NCBI GenBank assembly: GCA_965206745.1
Contig: OZ242220.1
Span: 1,504,001 to 1,568,000, forward strand
Source of the DNA: Nitrosopumilus sp.
Lineage (GTDB): Archaea; Thermoproteota; Nitrososphaeria; Nitrososphaerales; Nitrosopumilaceae
Reading direction: 5' to 3'
Length of the DNA stretch: 64,000 nucleotides
Shown here: positions 46,401 to 55,300 of the stretch, piece after piece
Numbering within the stretch: position 1 is the first letter of the stretch
Layout: each line of letters starts with the position of its first letter
Notes under the pieces: model-generated
The model's input: the letters and a program-made list of their open reading frames with translations, nothing else
The model's database searches: none
Told to the model about the DNA's origin: nothing
Position numbers and translations under genes: made by a program

Positions 46401-49178
46401 ACGGTACGGCTGGTCTGTGCGAAAAGAGACTGCAGTTAACAGTACTGCCATCACGCCAAACACGGCTGCAGCTCCGGCATAGTCAGTCCTGTATATGGGA
46501 GTCAGGGTGAGATCTTTTGTTGCCACAAACCTTACAGTATCAGAGGTAGCATCAATTCCCTGCCAGGACTCCACCACCTCCCGAACAAGGAATGCAAGGA
46601 CGTACCTCTCAGGGGCAGAGACTGTCACGGTATCACCTGCACTGTACAGGCCGCCACCACTACCACCAATCACGTCAACTAGTATGACCCTCTCATAGTG
46701 TGCAAGTACAGAGTACCCGTGGTCGGGTGCAAAGGTGACGGCATCCGTCTCATATACCACCGCATCTGTGCCGTCATCAACTGATATCCCGACAAGCCTA
46801 TACCCAGAATCCCCGTGCCTTGCAGACTGGGGATACTGTACTGTCACACTCGACCTTGGAACCTCAACTGTATAGTCAGTCATCTCAGAGTGATTGATAG
46901 CCCCCAACAGTGTGACATCAACTCCCAGTGCCATCCCATTCTGGTCCTGCGCAGCTACTGCCACATTCACAGAGTCATCGACTGTAACGTATACTGACTC
47001 TGTGTGACTCTTCATTCCAGGCCGTGATACTATTACTGTCACCTCAAATTTGCCTGCCATTGCAGGACTTAGCACTATGGTATTACCATCAACCTCACTT
47101 GGAATCGCAGTGTCTGCAGATATCTGCGAGCCCTCAGGTGCTGCTACGCTTACAATGTATCTCTTCCCTACAGACATTTCACCATCAAAGGAATACTCTA
47201 TGGTAACTGCAAGATCTGTACTGTACGGGGATATCAGCACCTGCTGCGAGCCGGTCTCTGAAAAGACAGACAGCGTTCCCTGGCGCGTACAGTGGAATAT
47301 CGCCCCACCCTCGCTCCGGCATCCACCAGATGCCTCAATCATACCAGTAAGGTCAGATATTACCTGCATGTGATCAATGAGATGCGCAGATGCGGCAAAC
47401 GGCTCGTGTGAGTGAACCAGTCTCGGAACCTCAATTATTACATCACCTATTATACCTGCAGTATCTGCCCCCACCCGGTGTGCAGTCCTTCCAAGTGAGT
47501 CGGCATGTGTAACTATCTCCTGCGGTCCCCCGTCAACGTATGCGCCGCCAATTATCCCAACTGGGTCGTTTAAATCCACAAAGCTGCTGCTAAGGGATAC
47601 AGAGTCTGATGCAAGGTGGATTGTAACCCCTCTGCCAAATGCCTCCTTTGGATCAACTACCATCCCGCCTGAATCTGCAATGTATACCATTGCTAAATCC
47701 TGTATGTGGCCGGGGATGGATGGAAGTGCTACTGTCCTTATACCGTACATCTGCGAGTCCCCAGTTATGAGAAATTCCTCTGATGAGGATGAGCGGACCT
47801 GCGGGGATGAGACATCGATGTTATACCTGCCGGGAGTCCCTGCAACCTCGTAGAGATTGGCATGAGTCGGGATCTCAAAAGTATCAAGGATTGCCGAATC
47901 CTCATGGTCTGCCCCGTCTGATGTTATGTAGACTGCCCTCCTGTCTGCAAGAATCGGATATACTGCAGCAGTCTCCTTGAAAATTGCAATGCCGTCTTCT
48001 CCTATATCCACTGACTCTCTGCCGACTGTATGGTATAGTCCTGCAACTATGTATCCGCCATATACTGTCCTTGGAGGAATGACATCAAAGAGGATCTCGT
48101 TTGCCTCGACAAAGCCATCACGCTCCAGGGGACTCGGGGCATCAACTATGCGGACTAAATCAGTCATATTTCCAACTGATGCAGTCGCATTGGCAATCTC
48201 CGATATCCCGATGGCAGCAGGCCCCACCACAAACTCTGATGTGACACTGCCGTATCCCGGTACTGATGCCGTAACTGATGCAGGTCCGGGAGTACCTGTA
48301 AATATCCTGCCATATGTGACCCCATCTGAGAATGTGTTTGTTGTCTGCGATGTCGCATCGGCAGTTATTTTGACATGCATCCTTGCAACATCACTCTCTG
48401 AGGAGTGTATGGCAGCAGTGGTTATTTGACCCGGGATGCGTGGGTTTCCATCCTCATCCTCAAACCATAAAATGTAGTATCCAAAAGAGTTCTCATGCAT
48501 TATCTCCGGATAGACATCCATTGCAAGGTGTAATCTCTGTGATTCCACTGTAACATTTGCAGTGTCATACATTGCACCGCTTGATGCAGATATGGAGCCA
48601 GACGATCCTGCACGCACCTCAAAGGTCGCACCCGTGCTTGCCTCAGATATTACAACTGACTCTGGAACGGTGATGCCTGGACTGCCGCGGAGCGATACTG
48701 TAACATTCTTCTCTGCCACCACGGGACTGCCTGCAGAGTCCACCAGGTATACGGCACCGAGAATCCGCTCTGTCCCCGTATACTCGGGGACCAGAAGTAA
48801 TAGCGAGTCAGTATCCATACCATCAGATATCGTGACACTCCTCTCAAGTGTGATGCCCTCAACCCTTACAGATACATTGAATACTCCCGCATGGGTCGGG
48901 GTGATCCCAAAGATGGCATGATCCGCATATGGTGGAATGCTTGTGCTGTTTTGTACCAGGAGCGCATCACTGTTTGTTATGATTGTGCCGACGAGTGTTC
49001 CATTGCCGTGGTTCTGATATGTGACCATTGCCAGATATTCTGATCCGACAATCATGTATTCCGGTACATAGAGATCCACCACCGGCATGCCAGTCTGTAT
49101 ATCGTCCTGCATCTCTGCATCACTTGGGTATATGATGAGTGATATGAAAATTAGAAAAACTGCCAGTGCAATTTTCAT
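43419..49178 (-). CDS. Large membrane-anchored surface protein, 1,919 aa; apparently two fused modules (aa 1-973 and 974-1919)
   Basis: N-terminal signal peptide, Ig-like beta-rich repeats, a TM helix near aa 900-920, an internal signal-like segment MHILLLAVFISCISFASDSVYA (ATG at 46259, in frame), and a C-terminal TM helix ending FARR. Confidence 0.88.
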   Translation of the reverse strand: MKIALAVFLIFISLIIYPSDAEMQDDIQTGMPVVDLYVPEYMIVGSEYLAMVTYQNHGNGTLVGTIITNSDALLVQNSTSIPPYADHAIFGITPTHAGVFNVSVRVEGITLERSVTISDGMDTDSLLLLVPEYTGTERILGAVYLVDSAGSPVVAEKNVTVSLRGSPGITVPESVVISEASTGATFEVRAGSSGSISASSGAMYDTANVTVESQRLHLAMDVYPEIMHENSFGYYILWFEDEDGNPRIPGQITTAAIHSSESDVARMHVKITADATSQTTNTFSDGVTYGRIFTGTPGPASVTASVPGYGSVTSEFVVGPAAIGISEIANATASVGNMTDLVRIVDAPSPLERDGFVEANEILFDVIPPRTVYGGYIVAGLYHTVGRESVDIGEDGIAIFKETAAVYPILADRRAVYITSDGADHEDSAILDTFEIPTHANLYEVAGTPGRYNIDVSSPQVRSSSSEEFLITGDSQMYGIRTVALPSIPGHIQDLAMVYIADSGGMVVDPKEAFGRGVTIHLASDSVSLSSSFVDLNDPVGIIGGAYVDGGPQEIVTHADSLGRTAHRVGADTAGIIGDVIIEVPRLVHSHEPFAASAHLIDHMQVISDLTGMIEASGGCRSEGGAIFHCTRQGTLSVFSETGSQQVLISPYSTDLAVTIEYSFDGEMSVGKRYIVSVAAPEGSQISADTAIPSEVDGNTIVLSPAMAGKFEVTVIVSRPGMKSHTESVYVTVDDSVNVAVAAQDQNGMALGVDVTLLGAINHSEMTDYTVEVPRSSVTVQYPQSARHGDSGYRLVGISVDDGTDAVVYETDAVTFAPDHGYSVLAHYERVILVDVIGGSGGGLYSAGDTVTVSAPERYVLAFLVREVVESWQGIDATSDTVRFVATKDLTLTPIYRTDYAGAAAVFGVMAVLLTAVSFRTDQPYRLRVLQGVDFIWNAVLRLAVIVRLGSGSKNHDGRDSQKNTQSKAGSRTMHILLLAVFISCISFASDSVYADHDRPCSISVRPLLFPVTYDSQKRSNPDSTVYPGDGFHYIFYFSASETCLDVGPKGLKSGGSLGVVSHDIIAGNSADSEIYQNHGSAKLAAKYLKTDNYHKVQYEKCQKVSSGRICQDKSVSEEPFLSIREDSEMTPSQKRTVFVCTGQRSSMTCSSLRDNVTNRPAYAWGITLAGTAHSHDADRHPLEDESSRASFDGTFDRRCDGLDKPATCGMPGILDSKCGSQKPNSGCIFGHVEVDVDFQDMVCLKARVDRHGISYNGVMLDKLGEAYDLDPDRVRMIYYNQGLDTLGLEYYKDVGDFCRQTDHFVSVIVTGHALVCSHGEDRSCSTVKRQRTGSMAVVVRTPVPVVTFENPPIRDLDGYDSKNLDSTYYTWDVPAIHVKPELPFREVRNGTISFEVQRTATPIPEVFAKSCTDGVCTITVSGRYVTDTAVAATNGDRLEAFRAESLGERGLHLFPYLTTTYNIGRSIGVTSQQTSLFIADYAPVFSGEHLPYVILKSPGEITFEKQHGVALHYLGGNGTGPGDDGMVHPDRRAKINDSHHVTVASTLHTQYMLNSTLLMRGGSDIAEIANSAYPSVLETSGIAEYTGYAESLLSINDTAVFQREGFGRMAFSFDDISEIQRFGIANITTYNTIGSLQFGGYDVKYLYSYPYRYPGSHLSSVLNVTAINSNGTTDESVKISVILEADIAHTNRTVHLSEYFTSYVHGRQLPVQFAHMYLGDMHDVSNAASGIGSVVFPINLPAVHVDSDLWGLLGVSHDTVASLGEEFAYSSPVSYKLHITADNASNTIPYYPYGFSSPINYTINTDDGNSLEYIRYLSTVYVRSPEGFGSMEEISVDGIKYGDACTRQCFLQVEGNSTIHARNIWGGTASLEIREQKWNGTGEQYEVVMAYVDAVGPAVIMVLVVFTVVFLYVTFARR

Positions 49179-49199
49179 GTAGAGTCATGGGGAAATTGC

Positions 49200-49226
49200 C
49201 TTTAAGTTGGCACCGTGCTTTTATTG
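49200..49226. promoter_or_regulatory. Divergent TATA boxes between the 1,919-aa gene and the 105-aa gene
   Basis: TTTAAG at ~49201-49206 (minus CTTAAA, ~25 nt before 49178) and TTTTATT at ~49219-49225 (~25 nt before 49246). Confidence 0.5.
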
Positions 49227-49245
49227 AAATGTATCCGGTACCATC

Positions 49246-49563
49246 ATGAAGCTTGTGCCAGTGGGCCTGAACTCAGACGGGATCAAAATCTGCAAGACAT
49301 CGCTTACTGATATCTCAATGTATGAAAAATATGAAAAGGAGTCGCGTGGTCATGCCGCGGCAGTTGCAAGGAGCATATACAGGTGGTACCAAGAGAAGAT
49401 GATATCTGCAAAGCACGAGTATGACGTGATGGTATCCAGCGGAATCTGCAATCCGGCAGTAAGGCATGCCCTCAAGAAGACTGGTCTGCGCTTTAGGGTG
49501 CCTGATGATCCGCTGTACTCAAACGCGCTTGGCCACTATATGAGGGCGCAGAAGAATTGCTAA
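49246..49563 (+). CDS. Hypothetical protein, 105 aa, resembling the C-terminal part of ParM/StbA-type actin-like ATPases (probable truncated remnant)
   Basis: The C-terminus VMVSSG...RHALKKTGLRFRVPDDPLYSNALGHY matches the actin-fold adenosine/connect-2 pattern (hhhxGG...DPxxxNAxG[FY]). No phosphate-1 (DxG) motif is present. Confidence 0.55.
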   Translation: MKLVPVGLNSDGIKICKTSLTDISMYEKYEKESRGHAAAVARSIYRWYQEKMISAKHEYDVMVSSGICNPAVRHALKKTGLRFRVPDDPLYSNALGHYMRAQKNC

Positions 49564-49865
49564 GTGTCAAGGAGAGGAGGTTTGTCAGATCACCTCTTAC
49601 GTTTTCAGGCAGCTATCGCAGGGCGCTAAAGATGAGGGTCAGAAGAAAGATAGAAAAAACAACATCGGACATGCTGCTGTGTGCAGAGAACATTGAGAGG
49701 TTTGACCAAAAGACAGTGTCAGTCATCTCAGAGATGGCAGACGAGATTCTGCAAAGGGTAGGGGGTCAGGCAGGGCCTGGTGTTACAGGTGACAAAGTGC
49801 AGGAGGCTGCCTCTGATGCAGAACCCAGGCCGGGGTATGCCGATGACGGCGAGCCAGAGTTTTAA
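49557..49865 (+). CDS. Small protein, 102 aa, with basic N-terminus and acidic tail; putative DNA-binding protein
   Basis: Overlaps the previous stop (translational coupling). Basic helix LSVKERRFVRS...SYRRALKMRVRRKIEK, then an acidic disordered C-terminus. Confidence 0.6.
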   Translation: MLSVKERRFVRSPLTFSGSYRRALKMRVRRKIEKTTSDMLLCAENIERFDQKTVSVISEMADEILQRVGGQAGPGVTGDKVQEAASDAEPRPGYADDGEPEF

Positions 49866-50628
49866 TTGCTCTAGTTTGCCATATGGGGTCCTTTGTATAT
49901 TGGTAAAATCAAGAGGAATGACTTTTAGTTTTGTTTGGGGACATGCCGTGCAGGCCAAAGAATGCTTGGCATGTGATCGGACTATATACAAGGATGACGC
50001 ATATCAAGTCACAGCTGCCGTCTCTTCTGTATCTATTTGGGTTGGTACGAGCTTGGCTAAAAGGCAGGAATGGCATCATGTGAATTGATTTGCCAATACT
50101 TATGAGTGTGAGAGACAATTATCAGTCATGTGCAAAAAGAAAGCAAGGTCAGCTAGTGACACAGCTCCCAGAGATACAGAAAAAAATACCAGTATCCCCA
50201 GACAGCAGAGGGGAAGTCAGGAGGCCCCATCAATGCTGGGACGGCCAAACATAACTCAGTCAAAAGGTCGTTCAACATCCTAGTCAGCTCAGATCCAAAT
50301 TCTATCTTTATGCATTTGATGTTTTGCTGCTTGAGTTGCATTGGTAAAATCAAAAGAGATGACTTTACAGTTTTTTTGTTTGGGACACCTCATGCAACTA
50401 GAGCAGACCAATTACGTTGATTCAGAATACGAGTCAGTTGCAAAAAGACTCTAGCAATGCATCATTATCAGACAATAAAATACAATCATTATACATGACT
50501 TGGCGTGGTCCATCATTGATGGATTCCATGATTCTGTGAGAATAATTTTGCGGTTTGTTTATTACAAATTACAGGGGATTTACGACTGTAAAATTGCATG
50601 GCAGTATACGAGTTTCACCGGGCAGGGA

Positions 50629-50862
50629 TTAGCCTAAAGATTGTTTGGCAAAACTAAACGGTACTGCCTTTAGTTTGTCCTTTAGGAATTCGTCTACCAG
50701 GATGTCGTTTCTGACTTTATCATAGTCCTCCCCGAGTTTGATCATGTCCTCAACTGTAAAGAGTCTGTCTGTCTTGAGATTTAGCGCCAAGCCGCTAGAC
50801 CTGCCCCTCTCACAGGCTGCTGTATCTTTTGGCCTCCAACTAGTAGTCTCTGTATTGTCCAT
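50629..50862 (-). CDS. Hypothetical protein, 77 aa
   Basis: ATG with TTTAAA about 25 nt upstream (~50886-50891) and a protein-like charged composition. Confidence 0.55.
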   Translation of the reverse strand: MDNTETTSWRPKDTAACERGRSSGLALNLKTDRLFTVEDMIKLGEDYDKVRNDILVDEFLKDKLKAVPFSFAKQSLG

Positions 50863-51266
50863 GGCATTGTTTGGGACAAGTATGATTTAAAGATCAGCTT
50901 GCCACCCCGGTCACAAATTCCGACCCATACTATCACAGATGGAGTATTGCAGTGGATTTGATACAGTATTTTATCAAGTCACCTATTTGACAAATGCGGC
51001 ACAAATAAGGGCCTGCAGATTTGCTGATAAATTCAGACCCACTACATGGCATCTTGTCTGTGAAATCTTTTGTACTCTTGCAATTCTTGACGTGTGTTCT
51101 GAGGGTATTATTTCAGTATTTTTTTTATAACACAGGATGCATTCGCATACCTGGGAGAAATCATTTGGATTGGCATGTCACACAGATACATTGGCAGGAT
51201 ACGAATAGAAACTACACATTGATGCCAGGATCTTGATTCGGGTGTGACTTTTTTGCCGCCATTACA

Positions 51267-51773
51267 ATGTTAAAATACAGTTTGGGCCAACTATCCAAAG
51301 TCTTGACTGCAAATGCACTCTATAAATCAGATACGAGGAGCCTTACAACAGCTAGCCTGCATCCCAACGAGGACTATTATCAAGAGCTGCTGCAGGCAAC
51401 TGATGTGAACTATCAAAATATAACATACTGGAAGCACGGAAAGTTTGAGAGCGTCTCTGCCCTTGCATTTGTTACAATAGACCTGCAAAGGGCGCAAGCT
51501 GAGACCAAAAAGCTGCTTTGGATGCACAGGGAACTGATAGGATTCAGCAACGGGAGAAGCAAGGACGCAGTCAACATTCAGAGAACAGGGGAGGAAAAGT
51601 GGCGTGTTACAGTGCCGATATTTACACGGGACCAATGGGATGGCTACTTTTGGAGGGCAGACTCTGACACAGTTATTCTACTTGACATGATCAGGCTCTT
51701 CTTTGATGAGTTGGAATGGTTTGGCATGCTTGACTTTGTGATGGACAGGGATGAGCGGTACGCCCAGCAGTGA
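51267..51773 (+). CDS. Hypothetical protein (up to 168 aa; true start may be downstream)
   Basis: Longest ORF locally. The C-terminal two-thirds looks globular (aromatic and charged). Confidence 0.55.
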   Translation: MLKYSLGQLSKVLTANALYKSDTRSLTTASLHPNEDYYQELLQATDVNYQNITYWKHGKFESVSALAFVTIDLQRAQAETKKLLWMHRELIGFSNGRSKDAVNIQRTGEEKWRVTVPIFTRDQWDGYFWRADSDTVILLDMIRLFFDELEWFGMLDFVMDRDERYAQQ

Positions 51774-52172
51774 AGAGTCCTTGGAGGTGCCAGGGGAATC
51801 TGAGATTCGTTGGACTGATATCTGACCAATGTGACTGATTGCAGGTATTTGAAATATCCATTGTTGTTGATTGTTTGGCACCAAAAGGTATCTTTGAGAA
51901 TCTCCGCAGAGGTGCAGGTTTGATTCTGCAAGAATCAGACATGTCAGATGCGTGGATTGTGAAATACAAAAAACTGGCAAAGCATGGCAGAGTTGTATGA
52001 GGATATGGGATTCACCTGAGGAATTAAAAGCGATTACATGAAAAAACAGGCGTGTTTTGTTTTGACTATACATAGATGTCAGATAAATACAGGAATATTC
52101 CAAATGATCACATTATAAAATCAGTAAAAAGATCAGGCAAAGTAGACCCGAATCCTGACTTGGGCGTATCTA

Positions 52173-52345
52173 TCAGCAGGTAGACATGTTGTATGCGCGT
52201 ATCAGGTATAGCGTATCAGCATACACATCTGAGGACTCGTCAAGTGACTCAATGAATCCGCATATCTGTGTCTGGTTGTATTGTGAGATTTGCAGGAACA
52301 GTTCTTGGAGAGATCAGCTATATGTCGGTATCATCGCCGATATTT
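52173..52345 (-). pseudogene. Decayed C-terminal tail of the 1,623-aa HYR/FN3 protein
   Basis: Still aligns to the intact tail of the paralog (QELFLQISQYNQTQICGFIESLDESSDVYADTLYLIRAYNMSTC* vs QELSLQISQYDQTQACKLIESLDESSDMYIDTQELIHAYNMTTIC*). It is cut off by a +1 frameshift in a C6 run, a nonsense codon and a 2-nt deletion. Confidence 0.8.
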
Positions 52346-55300
52346 CTAGGTGGGGGGAGGATCCACACCGAGATAAAAGTTGTCAAAGAACGCTCTTTGG
52401 TTCCAGTCATCAATCCAAGTATCAATAAGGTAAAGTTGTACCCTTATATCATCTTGTTCTGATACGTGCTGTGAAATATCGGTACTAAATGTGCGCCATC
52501 CAGAATCAAATGTGGCGCCTTCAAACAGGATTATTCTATGCAGGGAGTTACCTGCAGTATCTTGTACTTCTATCACGGCATTAGTTATGTTTGAATAACG
52601 ATTGTCTGAGAGTGCCCTGTAATCGATGCCCAAGTACAGCGGATCAAGGGGATTATAGTTCTCAAGGGAAAGATCTCTTTGAATTCCGACATTGATTCCA
52701 ATCCCTTGGCCTCTGATCAGGACAGCTGATCCGAAGCTATCTGAACCTACAGGGAATATAACTCTGTCATTGGTGGAGGACAAGGATGCTTCCGACTTGG
52801 GGGTTGCTGATTTGAAAGACTCCCATGAATTAAGATTGTTAAAGCCATCAGTTATCGTTTCAAATCCAGAGGGGAGATAAACCGTTATTGAGAAGGAGTC
52901 CTGTACAAAGTTGTTGCTTGTATCAGTTGCAGTACATGTGACTAGCGTGGTGCCAATAAAAAATAAATCGCCTGAATTGTGATTACACTGTATCGTTGCT
53001 GGGTGGAGGTCTGTCGCAGTAGGACTTGCAAACTCTACAAAAGTGTCATTTGTAGATCTCACAGCGATATCATCGGGAAAGCTGGTAAAGACGGGATTTG
53101 TCGTATCCCGGAGGGTAGTAGTGTCAAGTATTGCGTTACCGGCACTGGAACCACTATCTGTTCTTGCCTGAACTCTAAAAGAATAATCCGTATCTGGGGT
53201 CAGGTCTGTCACATCAAAGAACGGTTCAGCAGTCAAGCCTACAAACGTCTGAGGGTCACCGTGGGGTGTAGTCATGACAAGCCGATAGGTCTGGAATGTG
53301 CCGCCGTTTAGGTCCGGCTGTATCCATTCCAATCTTAGGGAATTTGAAGCGATGTTAGTTGCAGACAGATCAAGAACCGGATCAGGGGGTGGCACCGGTA
53401 GAGTTCTTGTGTCAAGTATTGCGTTACCGGCACTGTAACCACTATTGGTTCTTGCCTGAACTCTAAAAGAATAATCCGTATCGGGAGTCAAGCCAGCTAC
53501 CTCAAAGAACGGCTCAGTAGTCAAGCCTACAAATGTCTGAGGGTCACCGTGGGGTGTAGTCATGACAAGCCGATAGGTCTGGAATGTGCCACCGTTTAGG
53601 TCCGGCTGTGTCCACTCCAATATGAGGGAAATTGAAGTGATGTTAGTTGCAGACAGATCAAGAACCGGATCAGGTAGTGGTAATGTTCTTGTGTCAAGTA
53701 CTGCGTTGCCACCACTGAAACCATTATCTGTTCTTGCCTGAACCCTAAAAGAGTAGTCAGTGTCAGGGGTCAGGCCTGTCACCTCATAGAACGGTTCAGC
53801 AGTCAAGCCTACAAACGTCTGAGGGTCTCCGTGGGGTGTAGTCATAACAAGCCGATAGGTCTGGAATGTGCCACCGTTTAGGTCCGGCTGTGTCCAAAAG
53901 AGAGTTAGTGAATCAGAGGTTATGTTAGTTGCAGACAGATCAAGAACCGGATCAGGTAGTGGTAATGTTCTTGTGTCAAGTACTGCGTTGCCACCACTGA
54001 AACCATTATCTGTTCTTGCCTGAACTCTAAAAGAATAATCCGTGTCGGGAGTTAGGTCTGTCACATCAAAGAACGGTTCAGCAGTCAAGCCTACAAACGT
54101 CTGAGGGTCTCCGTGGGGTGTAGTCATGACAAGCCGATAGGTCTGGAATGTGCCACCGTTTAGGTCCGGCTGTGTCCAAAAGAGAGTTAGTGAATCAGAG
54201 GTTATGTTAGTTGCAGACAGATCAAGAATCGGATCAGGGAGGGGTGCGATAACTGGAGGCATAACTATAACCGAAAAGGAATCCCGTGCAGAGTTGCTGT
54301 TTGCATCAGTTGCCATACATGTGACTAGAGTGCTGCCGGCAGGAAAGGAGTCTCCAGAATCATGACTGCACAATATGATTACCGGAAAGATGTCTGTCGC
54401 AGTCGGATTTTCAAACTCTACAGCATCACGATTCAGAAACGTCACGGTGATATCCTCTGGAAAACTGGTAAAGACAGGTTCTGTCGTATCCTGAATCCTC
54501 ACAGTCTGGGTATCACTAGCCGTATTGCCTGAATCATCAGTGGCAGTCCATGTAATTACAGTCGAGCCTACTGGGAAGGAATCAGGTGAATCATTTGTAA
54601 CTGTAACATCAGAATCTGCAATGTCACTGGCAGTAGCACTGCCAATATCCACAGGGGTCAGTTCATCTGTAGCTTCTGCAATTATACTGTCAGGGACTGT
54701 AATGGTTGGCTGTGTCGTGTCCCGAATTATGACTGTCTGTATTCCAGTTACCTCATTTTCAGTACTATCCTTGGCAGTCCACGTAACTCTAGTCTCACCT
54801 ACTGGAAAAGAGTCAGGTGCGTCATTTATCACAGTTATGGTATCAATATTGTCTGTGACTGTAGCAGTTCCTATATCTACGGGAGTCAGCACGCCTGTGG
54901 CCTCGGCTATAATGTCTGATGGTAGAATCAGCACAGGTCCTGCCGTACCCTGTACCGTCACTTTCTGGGTATCAGTTGCAGAATTAAAAGAGTTGTCAGT
55001 TGCAGTGTATGTTATAATGGTGATGCCGATTGGGAATGAGGTCGGGGCATCACTGGTGATAAGAGGTGCCCGATCAATCAGATCAGTTGCAGTTGCCACA
55101 CCGAGTTCAATCATGGTAAGCAAGCCGGTAGCCTCGATGGTAATATCATCAGGGGCTGTAATGGTTGGACTGGTCCTATCATTAACGATTACAAGCTGTG
55201 TATACAGAGCCGTATTTCCCGAGCTGTCCTTTGCAGTCCAAATGACAAAGGTTGAGCCGAGTCGGAAAGAGTCAGGTGAATTATTTGTAACTACAACATC

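Noticed and set aside
52143-52150. TAGACCCG matching the 3' end of tRNA-Lys as a possible attR
   Set aside because: Only 8 bp, it lies in the duplicated flank of the HYR/FN3 paralogs, and no integrase is visible. No convincing att site was found.
52352-52357. G6 tract as a phase-variation switch restoring the tail
   Set aside because: A downstream nonsense codon and a 2-nt deletion would still block the tail after slippage.
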